From Thermodesulfobacteriota bacterium (GTDB taxonomy: Bacteria; Desulfobacterota; GWC2-55-46; JADFVP01): a stretch of DNA of 64,000 bases. The stretch is from contig JBHHUP010000001.1 in assembly GCA_046753845.1 (NCBI GenBank), positions 13,343 through 77,342 on the forward strand. Direction: 5' to 3'. The notes under the pieces are model-generated. The model saw only the letters and a program-made list of their open reading frames with translations, was not told the origin of the DNA and made no database searches. The position numbers and the translations under genes are program-made. Positions 49,222 to 57,231 of this stretch are shown here, piece after piece (within the stretch, counting starts at the first letter, position 1; each line of letters opens with the position of its first letter).

Positions 49222-49520
49222 GTAGCGATGCCGCGGTGCTAACAAGTAAACAAGTGTAAACGCGGGCCATTGGTTTTCTTTGTCCTGGTTTCTTTTTTAT
49301 AGGTGTCAGTTGAGACAAAGGCATCTCGTAGCCGCGGTGCTAAGAAAAAAACCAGTTTAGACGCGGGCCATTGGTTTTCTTTGTCTTGGTTTCTTTTTTA
49401 TAGGTGTCAGTTGAGACAAAGGCATCTCGTAGCCGCGGTGCTAAGAAAAAAACCAGTTTAGACGCGGGCCATTGGTTTTCTTTGTCTTACTTTCTTTTTT
49501 CCAAAAGAAAGTAAGGAAGG
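49222..49520. repeat. tandem 101-bp repeats of the hairpin-repeat family, ending in a perfect hairpin
   Basis: cgcgggccattggttttctttgtc recurs at 49261, 49362 and 49463, a period of 101 bp. In the stretches I compared by eye I found one mismatch between copies 1 and 2 (tcctgg versus tcttgg). The last copy ends in cttactttctttt-ttcc-aaaagaaagtaag. This is the same family as 45975-46210, in the opposite orientation. Confidence 0.8.
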
Positions 49521-50321
49521 TTAGATGTTTTTATATCCTCTTGGCGTTATCATGCGGCCGTCTTTTACAGAGGTAGACTTATTGCCGATGATAATGATAG
49601 TAAGCATATCTATCTCCTCGAAAAAACCAGGAAGTTTTCCAAGGGTTGTCAGCCTTACCTCTTCGCCTTCTCTGCTTGCGTTTTTAACAATTCCCACAGG
49701 AGTAGACGGGGCTTTAACCTCAAGCATATCCTTAACGGCCTTTACAAGACCTTCTTTACGCTTGGAGCTTCTGGGATTATAGAGTGCTATGACAAAGTCC
49801 GCCTGTGCCGCGGCTCTGACCCGTTCTTCAATTACCTCCCATGGGGTAAGGATATCGGATAGGGATATGGAGGCAAAGTCGTGCATAAGGGGCGCGCCAA
49901 GAAGCGATGCCGCGCTTACAAATGCCGGAACCCCGGGTATTACCTCTACGTTAATGTCGTTAAGGGTTAACTCTGTCTTATCTGAAGTAAGTATCTCAAG
50001 TACAAGGCCTGCCATGGCGTATATACCGGCGTCACCTGATGATACTATTGCCGTGGTACGGCCGTCGGCGGCGAGCTCTATGGCTTTTTCAGAGCGCGCC
50101 ACCTCTCCTGTCATGGCCGTTGAGTATATCTCTTTACCTGCGGTAAGGGGTGCGATAAGCTCCACGTACCTTGTGTATCCCACTACGCAGTGAGACTCGC
50201 GGAGCGCCTCGGTAGCCCTCAGCGTAAGTTCACTAAGGCTGCCCGGCCCGATGCCTACGATGTAAAGGGTACCCTTGCCGCCGCCACTGTTACTCTCGCG
50301 CTCTTTTGTTTCTTTAACCAT
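49521..50321 (-). CDS. cbiH: cobalt-factor III / precorrin-3B C17-methyltransferase
   Basis: 266 aa in the TP_methylase family (LYIVGIGPGS), resembling CbiH/CobJ. Context within the cbi operon supports the call. Confidence 0.8.
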   Translation of the reverse strand: MVKETKERESNSGGGKGTLYIVGIGPGSLSELTLRATEALRESHCVVGYTRYVELIAPLTAGKEIYSTAMTGEVARSEKAIELAADGRTTAIVSSGDAGIYAMAGLVLEILTSDKTELTLNDINVEVIPGVPAFVSAASLLGAPLMHDFASISLSDILTPWEVIEERVRAAAQADFVIALYNPRSSKRKEGLVKAVKDMLEVKAPSTPVGIVKNASREGEEVRLTTLGKLPGFFEEIDMLTIIIIGNKSTSVKDGRMITPRGYKNI

Positions 50322-51319
50322 AATCTCTTAGCTCCTGCGGATATAAGGGCCGCCGGTTCTGATACTCCGCGTGCCCCTGTTGCCGAGAGGACAAAACTCG
50401 ATGACCTCGTTGCCCTCGTATTAAGTTCCTTTGCGGTAAATAGCTCAAGTTCAAGGCCCCTTGAGTCCGCGAACTCAAGAAGCCCGGCCTCGTCGCCTTT
50501 TATATCGATGGTGGCAATATTTCTTATGCATAGGGGAGATACTCCGCGCGCCTTAAAGGCGCTGTCTACGGTCCTGCCGATATCCTCGCCGCTTGTCCCA
50601 CGCCTGCAGCCCACGCCTGCGACAAACTCTCTGGGGCGAAGGATTAATGTACGGCCAGACATCCCGGGAGGAGTCTTAAGATTAAGGTCGCTTGAGATAA
50701 GGGCTACTGCCTTACTCCCCTTTCGGTACTCACTGCCAAAAGTAAAGATACCGCTTGCGCGCTTAACTAAAAAACTCTTAATGGCAGCGAGACGCTTGCG
50801 GTTTTTTTCTATGATATGAACGGGCTTGCCGCCGAGTATGGCGGAGTTAAGGGCCTTAATAGCAGATACGTTTTCTATGGCAAGGTTAAACTCAATGGCC
50901 ACGTCCTCAATACAGGGCAGTGCGTTCACATCCGTTGCCGTCGTTACCACGGGTGTGGCATTTAAGAGGCGGGCGATCTCTTCAGTAAGGCGGTTGGCAC
51001 CGCCGAGATGGCCTGAGACAAGGCTTATGACAAACCGCCCCTTCTCGTCCATGGCGATAACAGCGGGGTCTTTTTCCTTGCCTTGAAGGTGCGGCGCGAT
51101 GGCCCTTACGGCTATGCCGGCGGCTCCAATAAAGACAAGTGCCCTTGATGATGAGAAGGCCTCAGAGACAAGGGCCTTGAATTTACCTTCTTTCAACTCC
51201 GCAGGCCTATATATAGAGACCGTGCCTGCAAGGGAGTTAAGTGCCTCTCCAAGGGCGTAGCCTTTTTTTGTAAAGGGAAAGATAATTATTGATCTTGGTT
51301 TCAGAGAGGTTTTTCGCAT
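50255..51319 (-). CDS. cbiG: cobalt-precorrin-5A hydrolase
   Basis: 354 aa with CbiG N, middle and C domains (LVSGHLGGANRLT; VAGVGCRRG). It is adjacent to cbiH. Confidence 0.8.
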   Translation of the reverse strand: MRKTSLKPRSIIIFPFTKKGYALGEALNSLAGTVSIYRPAELKEGKFKALVSEAFSSSRALVFIGAAGIAVRAIAPHLQGKEKDPAVIAMDEKGRFVISLVSGHLGGANRLTEEIARLLNATPVVTTATDVNALPCIEDVAIEFNLAIENVSAIKALNSAILGGKPVHIIEKNRKRLAAIKSFLVKRASGIFTFGSEYRKGSKAVALISSDLNLKTPPGMSGRTLILRPREFVAGVGCRRGTSGEDIGRTVDSAFKARGVSPLCIRNIATIDIKGDEAGLLEFADSRGLELELFTAKELNTRATRSSSFVLSATGARGVSEPAALISAGAKRLWLKKQKSARVTVAAARVPFTS

Positions 51320-51345
51320 GGGAATTCCGGGGCGGATGATCGTGG

Positions 51346-52065
51346 TTAAAGACCCGCTTTATCCATCTTTTTTAAAATATCCAGCGTCTCACGCACCATA
51401 GCTGTAAAGAGCTCTTTACCCTTTTCAGCCGTTGCCTTCTCGGGGTTACCCCATACTGCGCCCGGCCACCGGCTCTGCTTGTCAGCGTATATAAGTGGAT
51501 TTAAAAGTTTGGGGTACTCCTCGGCAGAGCGGCCCTTTACGAGATTTGGTGCAAGGTGCAGGATAACGGAGGTCTCCATCTCGCCTGCGTGTGAATCGTT
51601 CTCTGTCTCGGCAAGGCGGGTAAGGTCGTCCCATATAACATCGTAGATGGAGAGGGCCGCTATGGTAAGGTCCGGTAAAGCGGCGGCCATAAGCTCGGCG
51701 GCCTCTTTCATCGCCGCTACATGGGCGCCTCCTCCGTGTCCTGAGATAAGGAGGATATTTCTAAGACCCCTGTGGTATGCGTCATTGACTATATCCGTAG
51801 TAACCCTTCTAAGCGTCGGCGGTGTAATGCCTATGCTGCCGGGATGCTGTCCCGTAGATGTGCATACTCCGTAATGTACAGGTGGTGCGATAAAAAAGTC
51901 CGCTTCCCGCGCCGCTTCTTCAAGTACACGGCACATGGTGAGGGTATCGGTATTAAGGGGCAAGTGTCTGCCGTGGGCCTCTAAGGTGCCGTAAGGCACT
52001 GCCAGTGTCTTTGTCTTTGTGAGCCCCGCGCTGAACTCCTCCATAGTCATCTCTTCAAGCAGCAT
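51346..52065 (-). CDS. creatininase-family metal-dependent amidohydrolase
   Basis: Family motifs: PYGTLEAHGRHLPLNTD, ISGHGGG, DSHAGEMETS. The start is probably ATG 52065 (MLLEEMTMEEF); the track ORF begins at 52098. Confidence 0.7.
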   Translation of the reverse strand: MLLEEMTMEEFSAGLTKTKTLAVPYGTLEAHGRHLPLNTDTLTMCRVLEEAAREADFFIAPPVHYGVCTSTGQHPGSIGITPPTLRRVTTDIVNDAYHRGLRNILLISGHGGGAHVAAMKEAAELMAAALPDLTIAALSIYDVIWDDLTRLAETENDSHAGEMETSVILHLAPNLVKGRSAEEYPKLLNPLIYADKQSRWPGAVWGNPEKATAEKGKELFTAMVRETLDILKKMDKAGL

Positions 52066-52079
52066 ACTCCACCCCCGCC

Positions 52080-52451
52080 TTAACTTATACGAACGCATCT
52101 ATTGATAAGAGTGTAGAGGAGAACCCCGGAGAGGGCGCCCGCTCCGTTGGCAAGGGCGTCATATAAAGAGGCCTCCCTTGCCGGTAAAAAGCCCTGAACA
52201 AACTCGATAATAAGACCGAACAAAAAAGTAATTGCCACGGCCTTCAGGACCACACCTTTGGGCCTGCCGCCGCCAAAACTGTGCTGCCTTCTCGTTAAAA
52301 AAACCCTTATCCATAATAACCCCATAAGTCCGTAAAGAAGAAAATGCAGAACCTTGTCCATGCCTGCGAAGGTCTCAACTCCATCAGAGGTCTTTACAAC
52401 GGAGACAATTAAGACAACTATCATATAGACAATAGTCAGCGTAAGGTTCAT
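52080..52451 (-). CDS. VanZ-like small membrane protein
   Basis: 123 aa with four TM helices. DKVLHFLLYGLMG and EFVQGFLPAREASLYDALANGAGA resemble VanZ family motifs. Confidence 0.55.
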   Translation of the reverse strand: MNLTLTIVYMIVVLIVSVVKTSDGVETFAGMDKVLHFLLYGLMGLLWIRVFLTRRQHSFGGGRPKGVVLKAVAITFLFGLIIEFVQGFLPAREASLYDALANGAGALSGVLLYTLINRCVRIS

Positions 52452-53218
52452 GCGTCCCTGCAGCCGTGGCTGAAACCGGCGTCATATAAGAGTGATTTTT
52501 CTCCGTCGCCTATGCCTCCCGTGGCCTTTCCCACTATGACCATGGCGTGTTTTGTAATTCCTGCGGCGCGCACCTTCTCTGCGATATCGGGAAGCGTGCC
52601 GGTAATCTTCAGCTCATCAGGCCATGTCGCCCTGTATACAACGGCAACGGGAGTATCAACGGGGCAGCCGCCTTTGGTAAGCTCAAGGACGACCTTGTCT
52701 ATCATGGCTGCGCTTAAGAATATACACATCGTAGCCCTGTGAGAGGCAAGAAGGTGCAGGGCCTCTTTTTCCGGCACAGGGGTCCTGCCGGCAAGCCTTG
52801 TAAAGATTACGGTCTGCGTCTCACCGGGGACGGTAAGCTCTCTACGAAGGCTTGCCGCCGCCCCGGAGGCCGAGCTTACACCCGGCACCACGGAAAATGA
52901 GAGCCCCTCGGCGCTAAGGATAGCCGCCTGCTCGCGCATGGCGCTGTAAAAGGCGGTATCCCCCGTATGTAGCCTTACTACAAGCTTACCGGCCCTTGCC
53001 CCTTTTATCATAACCTCTGTAATCTCACCGAGGTTCATGGATGCGCTGTTATAGACTACGGCCTCTGCACGACAGTAAGAGAGCAGCTCTTTAGCCACAA
53101 GCGATCCTGCGTATACGACGATATCCGCCTCGGTAAGGAGCCTCCTGCCCTTAACGGTAAGGAGCTCCGGGTCTCCTGGACCTGCTCCTACAAAAAAAAT
53201 TTTTACATCATCGGCCAT
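52448..53218 (-). CDS. cbiF: cobalt-precorrin-4 C11-methyltransferase
   Basis: 256 aa with FVGAGPGDPELLT, VVRLHTGD and other TP_methylase features. It is CbiF/CobM-like. Confidence 0.85.
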   Translation of the reverse strand: MADDVKIFFVGAGPGDPELLTVKGRRLLTEADIVVYAGSLVAKELLSYCRAEAVVYNSASMNLGEITEVMIKGARAGKLVVRLHTGDTAFYSAMREQAAILSAEGLSFSVVPGVSSASGAAASLRRELTVPGETQTVIFTRLAGRTPVPEKEALHLLASHRATMCIFLSAAMIDKVVLELTKGGCPVDTPVAVVYRATWPDELKITGTLPDIAEKVRAAGITKHAMVIVGKATGGIGDGEKSLLYDAGFSHGCRDA

Positions 53219-53265
53219 AAGAACACCATAAGTTAAAAACCAGGAGCGCTACTAAAAGACAATTT

Positions 53266-54009
53266 TTAAGAAAAACTTTTTTTTAATATAACCATGGAGA
53301 GATATCCCGCGCCCTTTGTAAGGTCAAGGTCTCTCAGCTCGGCAACGACCTCCATCCCATCCCAGCCGGCCCGTTCCACGAATAGGGCGCTAAGTGCGCT
53401 TTTTTGCCCCTTATCACGAGTTAATAAAAAATCCTTCAACTCTCTTAACCTGCTCTTCACCTTCATGAGTACTACCGTATCAAAGGACTCCACCCACTGC
53501 TCAAGGTCTTGGAGGCTATAAAACGCCGGGGCGATAAGAAGCTTTTCCTCGGCCTGCACCAGCGGCCACGCAACCCGCGCTGCCGCAGCACTTACAGAAG
53601 TAATACCCGGGACCACTGATACGGTAACATCAGGGATAATACCCCTTACAAGGGGTATTAAAAAAGCGAATGTAGAGTAGAGCATAGGGTCGCCGAGGGT
53701 TAGAAAAGAGACGTCCTTACCCTCGGCGAGCTTTGCGGCTACCTCCACCGCGGCCTCGCGCCGGGATTTTTCAAGAAGGGCCTCATCTTTTGTCATGGAA
53801 AAGCGAAGCCTCAGTATATCTTTATCACCAGACTCGGGCAATGCTTTTTTTATTATCTCAAGCGCTATTGTGCCATCGCCGCCTCCGCCCTTCGCCGATA
53901 CGGGTACGGCCAAGACAGGACACTCTTTTATGACCCGAAGGGCCTTTAAGGTAATTAGTTCGGGGTCTCCCGGGCCTACGCCGAGGCCGTAAAATCTCGC
54001 CGCGCTCAA
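53266..54009 (-). CDS. cbiL: cobalt-factor II / precorrin-2 C20-methyltransferase
   Basis: 247 aa. FYGLGVGPGDPELITLKA and FLTLGDPMLYSTF are typical of CbiL/CobI. Confidence 0.8.
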   Translation of the reverse strand: MSAARFYGLGVGPGDPELITLKALRVIKECPVLAVPVSAKGGGGDGTIALEIIKKALPESGDKDILRLRFSMTKDEALLEKSRREAAVEVAAKLAEGKDVSFLTLGDPMLYSTFAFLIPLVRGIIPDVTVSVVPGITSVSAAAARVAWPLVQAEEKLLIAPAFYSLQDLEQWVESFDTVVLMKVKSRLRELKDFLLTRDKGQKSALSALFVERAGWDGMEVVAELRDLDLTKGAGYLSMVILKKSFS

Positions 54010-55247
54010 GCCTTTATCCCCTTTATAATAAAGACAGGGTTACAGGCCGATAAAATACTCAGCCCTGCTATCTCTTTACCGCGCGTAAGGCTGAGCTGAA
54101 CAAGCTCGGGCCTCATGCCCTTCTTTTTAAAAAACTCCAGCGCTCGAGCCGCTGTCTCCATGGTAACTGCGTTTACCACAATAACCCCCTCTGCCCTCAG
54201 CCTTCTAAAGACGTTGCTTAATATCTTTACAATTCCCGCGCCGCCGCCGCCGATAAATACGGCGTCAGGCTTCGGTAAGCCCTTAAGGCAGGCCGGGGCC
54301 TCGCCTGTAATCACCTGAACATTAGCGGCCTTAAAGCGGGAGATGTTCTCCGTTATATCCTTAACCCGTTTTTTGTTCTTCTCCACGGCGTAGACCTTGC
54401 CGGAAGGCGCGAGGCGGGCCGCCTCTATGGCAACAGAGCCCGTGCAGGAACCGATATCCCAGATAACGTCTGTTGGCAAGGGGGCGAGCTTGGATAAGGA
54501 AACGGCCCGTATCTCGGCCTTTGTAATCATATTTGCGGAATGAGTAAATAATTCGTCATCCATGCCAATGGGAAAGCTATCCTCGCCGCCAGGTGCCGGG
54601 CTTTTCTCTCTTATAAATATCATTACACTAAGGGGATGGGTGAATTTTTCTCTTGCCATGCTCTTAAGAGAGCCGCTGCGGATTTTTTCTTCGGTATAAC
54701 CCAGCGCCTCGCAGACATGAACCTTTACTCCGCCGAGACCGGCCTTAAGAAGACCGCCAGCCACCACATCAGGGGTATTGCGGCTGTCCGTAAAGAGGGC
54801 CAGAGAGGGGTTAGAGGAGATATTACGGCAGAGCTCATCATACTCTAAGTGCCTGCCGTGGAGGCTCTGTACCTTCAGCCCCGCCGAGCTCTCCTTAATT
54901 CGCGCAAAGGCCTCTTGAATAACGCTTACTCCTGGAATTATCCTTACACGTGCCTTACCAAAACGCCTTATAATAAAATTGCCTATACCGTACAGAAGGG
55001 GGTCTCCTGTAGCAAGTACCGTAACAGTGGAGCGTTTATTTTTTAAGCTAAATCCTCTTATGCAGCCCTCAAGGGCAGCCAAATCCGAGGTAATGGCAAA
55101 CCTCTCGCCCGCAACCTCTGCCACATCCGCAAGGCCCTCAAGGTGACGCCGACCGCCTGCTATAAGGCCGGATTTTTTTATTATCCGCAGGGCCTTACCA
55201 GATAAACTCTCAACACCTTCGAGCCCCAGACCGATAACATATATCAT
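54006..55247 (-). CDS. cbiET: cobalt-precorrin-6B/7 methyltransferase-decarboxylase (CbiE-CbiT fusion, CobL-like)
   Basis: 413 aa. The N-terminal half is a TP_methylase (IYVIGLG). The C-terminal half is a class I SAM methyltransferase (VIWDIGSCTGSVAIEAA). Confidence 0.8.
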   Translation of the reverse strand: MIYVIGLGLEGVESLSGKALRIIKKSGLIAGGRRHLEGLADVAEVAGERFAITSDLAALEGCIRGFSLKNKRSTVTVLATGDPLLYGIGNFIIRRFGKARVRIIPGVSVIQEAFARIKESSAGLKVQSLHGRHLEYDELCRNISSNPSLALFTDSRNTPDVVAGGLLKAGLGGVKVHVCEALGYTEEKIRSGSLKSMAREKFTHPLSVMIFIREKSPAPGGEDSFPIGMDDELFTHSANMITKAEIRAVSLSKLAPLPTDVIWDIGSCTGSVAIEAARLAPSGKVYAVEKNKKRVKDITENISRFKAANVQVITGEAPACLKGLPKPDAVFIGGGGAGIVKILSNVFRRLRAEGVIVVNAVTMETAARALEFFKKKGMRPELVQLSLTRGKEIAGLSILSACNPVFIIKGIKA

Positions 55248-55279
55248 AGAGTACGACCTCTTCGCTGTAAAAGCCCCGG

Positions 55280-56389
55280 TTAAATACTACAGACCACATC
55301 GGCCTCGTACCCAACGAGGATAGCGCGCAGGGCCTTACCTTTACCGCACATCTCGCGGCAGTTACCGCGCACCATCTCCGTAATGGCCTGTAAGACCCTT
55401 GTATCGCCTATGTCTTTCAGTATAAAAAAAATCTCTCTTGCAGTATTCGCGCCGCGCATCTGTGAGATAATATCATCGCCAAGGCCCTCTTTTCTTGCGG
55501 CCTCTGCGATAAACTCCATATCCACCGAAGACCTCGCGCAATGCGTATCGCCCCAGCCTGAGGCGAGTTTTGTAAACTTACCGAACTGGCCGGCTACGAT
55601 AATACTCTTAATCTCAGATTTTCTGCCGGCGCACCTAATGGCAAAACCCATGTGGTCGCCTGTAGTAATAAATGCCTGGGGAAGGAGATCAAGCCCGGCG
55701 GCCGCGACCTTCTCGCTGCTCCTGCCCGTGGAAAAGACCACCTCTTCGCAGCCTGATGCCACGGCAACATCCACGGCGCATGAGATGGAATCCTTATATG
55801 CCTCAAGCGACATGGGCTCCACGATACCCGAGGTGCCGAGTATAGAGATACCGCCCATGATGCCGAGGCGGGCGTTCATGGTCTTTTTTGCTATAAGCTC
55901 GCCTCTCGGCACGGTAACCGTGACAACAACAGCCGGGGTAATACCTGCGGCCTCTGCGGCCTCAAGTACGGCTGTTCTTATCATGGCTGCGGGCACGGGG
56001 TTTATGGCAGGCTCCCCTACGGGGACCTTCAGCCCCGGCCTTGTAACAAGGCCCACGCCAGGGCCGCCTTTTATCCGAATTGTGGGGGTAGTGGATGAAG
56101 CGGTATTACTCAAAAACTCTACGGTGGTGATTATCTCGGCTTTATCTGTAACATCGGGATCATCACCTGCGTCTTTAATAACAGTAGCCGAGGCAAGCCC
56201 TTCTGTAACCCTGAGGTCTCTTACCTTGATAGTGATGGCTCCGCCGTCAGGCAGTGTTACAGATACCTTTCCCGCGGGACGGTCTGAGAAAGGCCTCAGC
56301 CCGAAAAGCGCAAGCGCCGCTGCCTTTGCCCCGGCGGCGGCGCTTGTCCCAGTCGTAAAACCTCTTCTAAGCCTCCCTTTACCTTTCAA
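55280..56389 (-). CDS. cbiD: cobalt-precorrin-5B C1-methyltransferase
   Basis: 369 aa. LRRGFTTGTSAAAGAKAA at the N-terminus and GILGTSGIVEPMS are CbiD hallmarks. Confidence 0.85.
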   Translation of the reverse strand: MKGKGRLRRGFTTGTSAAAGAKAAALALFGLRPFSDRPAGKVSVTLPDGGAITIKVRDLRVTEGLASATVIKDAGDDPDVTDKAEIITTVEFLSNTASSTTPTIRIKGGPGVGLVTRPGLKVPVGEPAINPVPAAMIRTAVLEAAEAAGITPAVVVTVTVPRGELIAKKTMNARLGIMGGISILGTSGIVEPMSLEAYKDSISCAVDVAVASGCEEVVFSTGRSSEKVAAAGLDLLPQAFITTGDHMGFAIRCAGRKSEIKSIIVAGQFGKFTKLASGWGDTHCARSSVDMEFIAEAARKEGLGDDIISQMRGANTAREIFFILKDIGDTRVLQAITEMVRGNCREMCGKGKALRAILVGYEADVVCSI

Positions 56390-56479
56390 AAATAATCACC
56401 GATGCGATAAGAAATCCCCCCCCTCTTAATCCACTCCCCCAACTCTTGCCCAGAGCCCTTCATTTCCAAGAGGCTCTTA

Positions 56480-56914
56480 TCAGGCCCCTGCTTCGGCCCT
56501 TCCGGCCTTAAGCCCCATCTTCCAAAAGGTACCGAGGATAATCCCCAGTATAGCGGCAAGGAAAAGCCCCTGAAGACTCTGTCCGGCCTCAAAGTGGTAC
56601 CTTATCGGACTTAATACGCTAAGCACAAAACCCGCTCCGTTAAGCGCCAGCCAGATAACAACAGATACCATTACAGCCTTCTTCGTAAGCCCCCGGCCCG
56701 GCATAAAACTCTGCAAGACGCTCAAGAGACCGCCTGTAACAAGGCCGAATAAAGCTCCGCCGAGAGTAAAGGTGACCAGATCATGCACAAGGCTGGCCTC
56801 AAGCGTAAAGGCCCCTGTAAATGTATTTACAAGAAGAGATACCATACCCCAGAGAGCGCCTGCGAGCAGGCATAGGAATAAGCCGTCCTTCCATGTATTA
56901 AATCCCGGATTCAT
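56480..56914 (-). CDS. 4-TM membrane protein of unknown family, sitting where cbtA would be expected
   Basis: 144 aa with four predicted TM helices. It is 64 nt downstream of cbtB. It is too short for CbtA as I recall that family, and I saw no CbtA motifs. Confidence 0.4.
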   Translation of the reverse strand: MNPGFNTWKDGLFLCLLAGALWGMVSLLVNTFTGAFTLEASLVHDLVTFTLGGALFGLVTGGLLSVLQSFMPGRGLTKKAVMVSVVIWLALNGAGFVLSVLSPIRYHFEAGQSLQGLFLAAILGIILGTFWKMGLKAGRAEAGA

Positions 56915-56978
56915 CGTGTTCTCCTTATGATTACAGCAATAGCACTTCGTCTTTTAATTAATCCGCCCCAGAGCCGCC

Positions 56979-57152
56979 TCAGTGACAGGGCATGCCGATG
57001 GTGTGGCGGAAATCATGGAACATATCATGGACGCCGGCTACGACATTCTCCATACCGAATACTACTACAACCATGGCAAAGGCCACGGCCATAAGCACAA
57101 CAGCCGGCAGCAGGGTATTCATCACAAAGTCTCTCTCAAAAAACCTCTCCAT
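56979..57152 (-). CDS. cbtB: putative cobalt transporter subunit CbtB
   Basis: Absent from the ORF track because it is only 57 aa. My translation is MERFFERDFVMNTLLPAVVLMAVAFAMVVVVFGMENVVAGVHDMFHDFRHTIGMPCH. It has one TM helix plus a His/Cys tail of the CbtB type (HD..HD.RH..G.PCH). AAAGGAGG lies 8 nt upstream. Confidence 0.6.
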   Translation of the reverse strand: MERFFERDFVMNTLLPAVVLMAVAFAMVVVVFGMENVVAGVHDMFHDFRHTIGMPCH

Positions 57153-57231
57153 CTTTTTTTACCTCCTTTTTTATTATTAGCTGTCTCTATCCCAGGTGCG
57201 CAAGAGAGGTATCAGTTCCCTATCGCCCCCG

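Noticed and set aside
49222-49520. Regularly spaced repeats that could be mistaken for a CRISPR array.
   Set aside because: The whole 101-bp unit repeats, including the would-be spacers. There are no unique spacers and no cas genes in the window. This is a tandem duplication of the hairpin-repeat family.
55383-56429. Long plus-strand ORF (348 aa) antisense to cbiD. Similar long antisense ORFs occur at 12952-13887, 10980-11732, 29503-30111 and 22528-23133.
   Set aside because: Their translations are low-complexity and rich in Ser, Pro, Ala and Arg. Each lies exactly opposite a strongly recognisable gene. This is typical shadow-ORF behaviour of codon-biased DNA, not a real gene.
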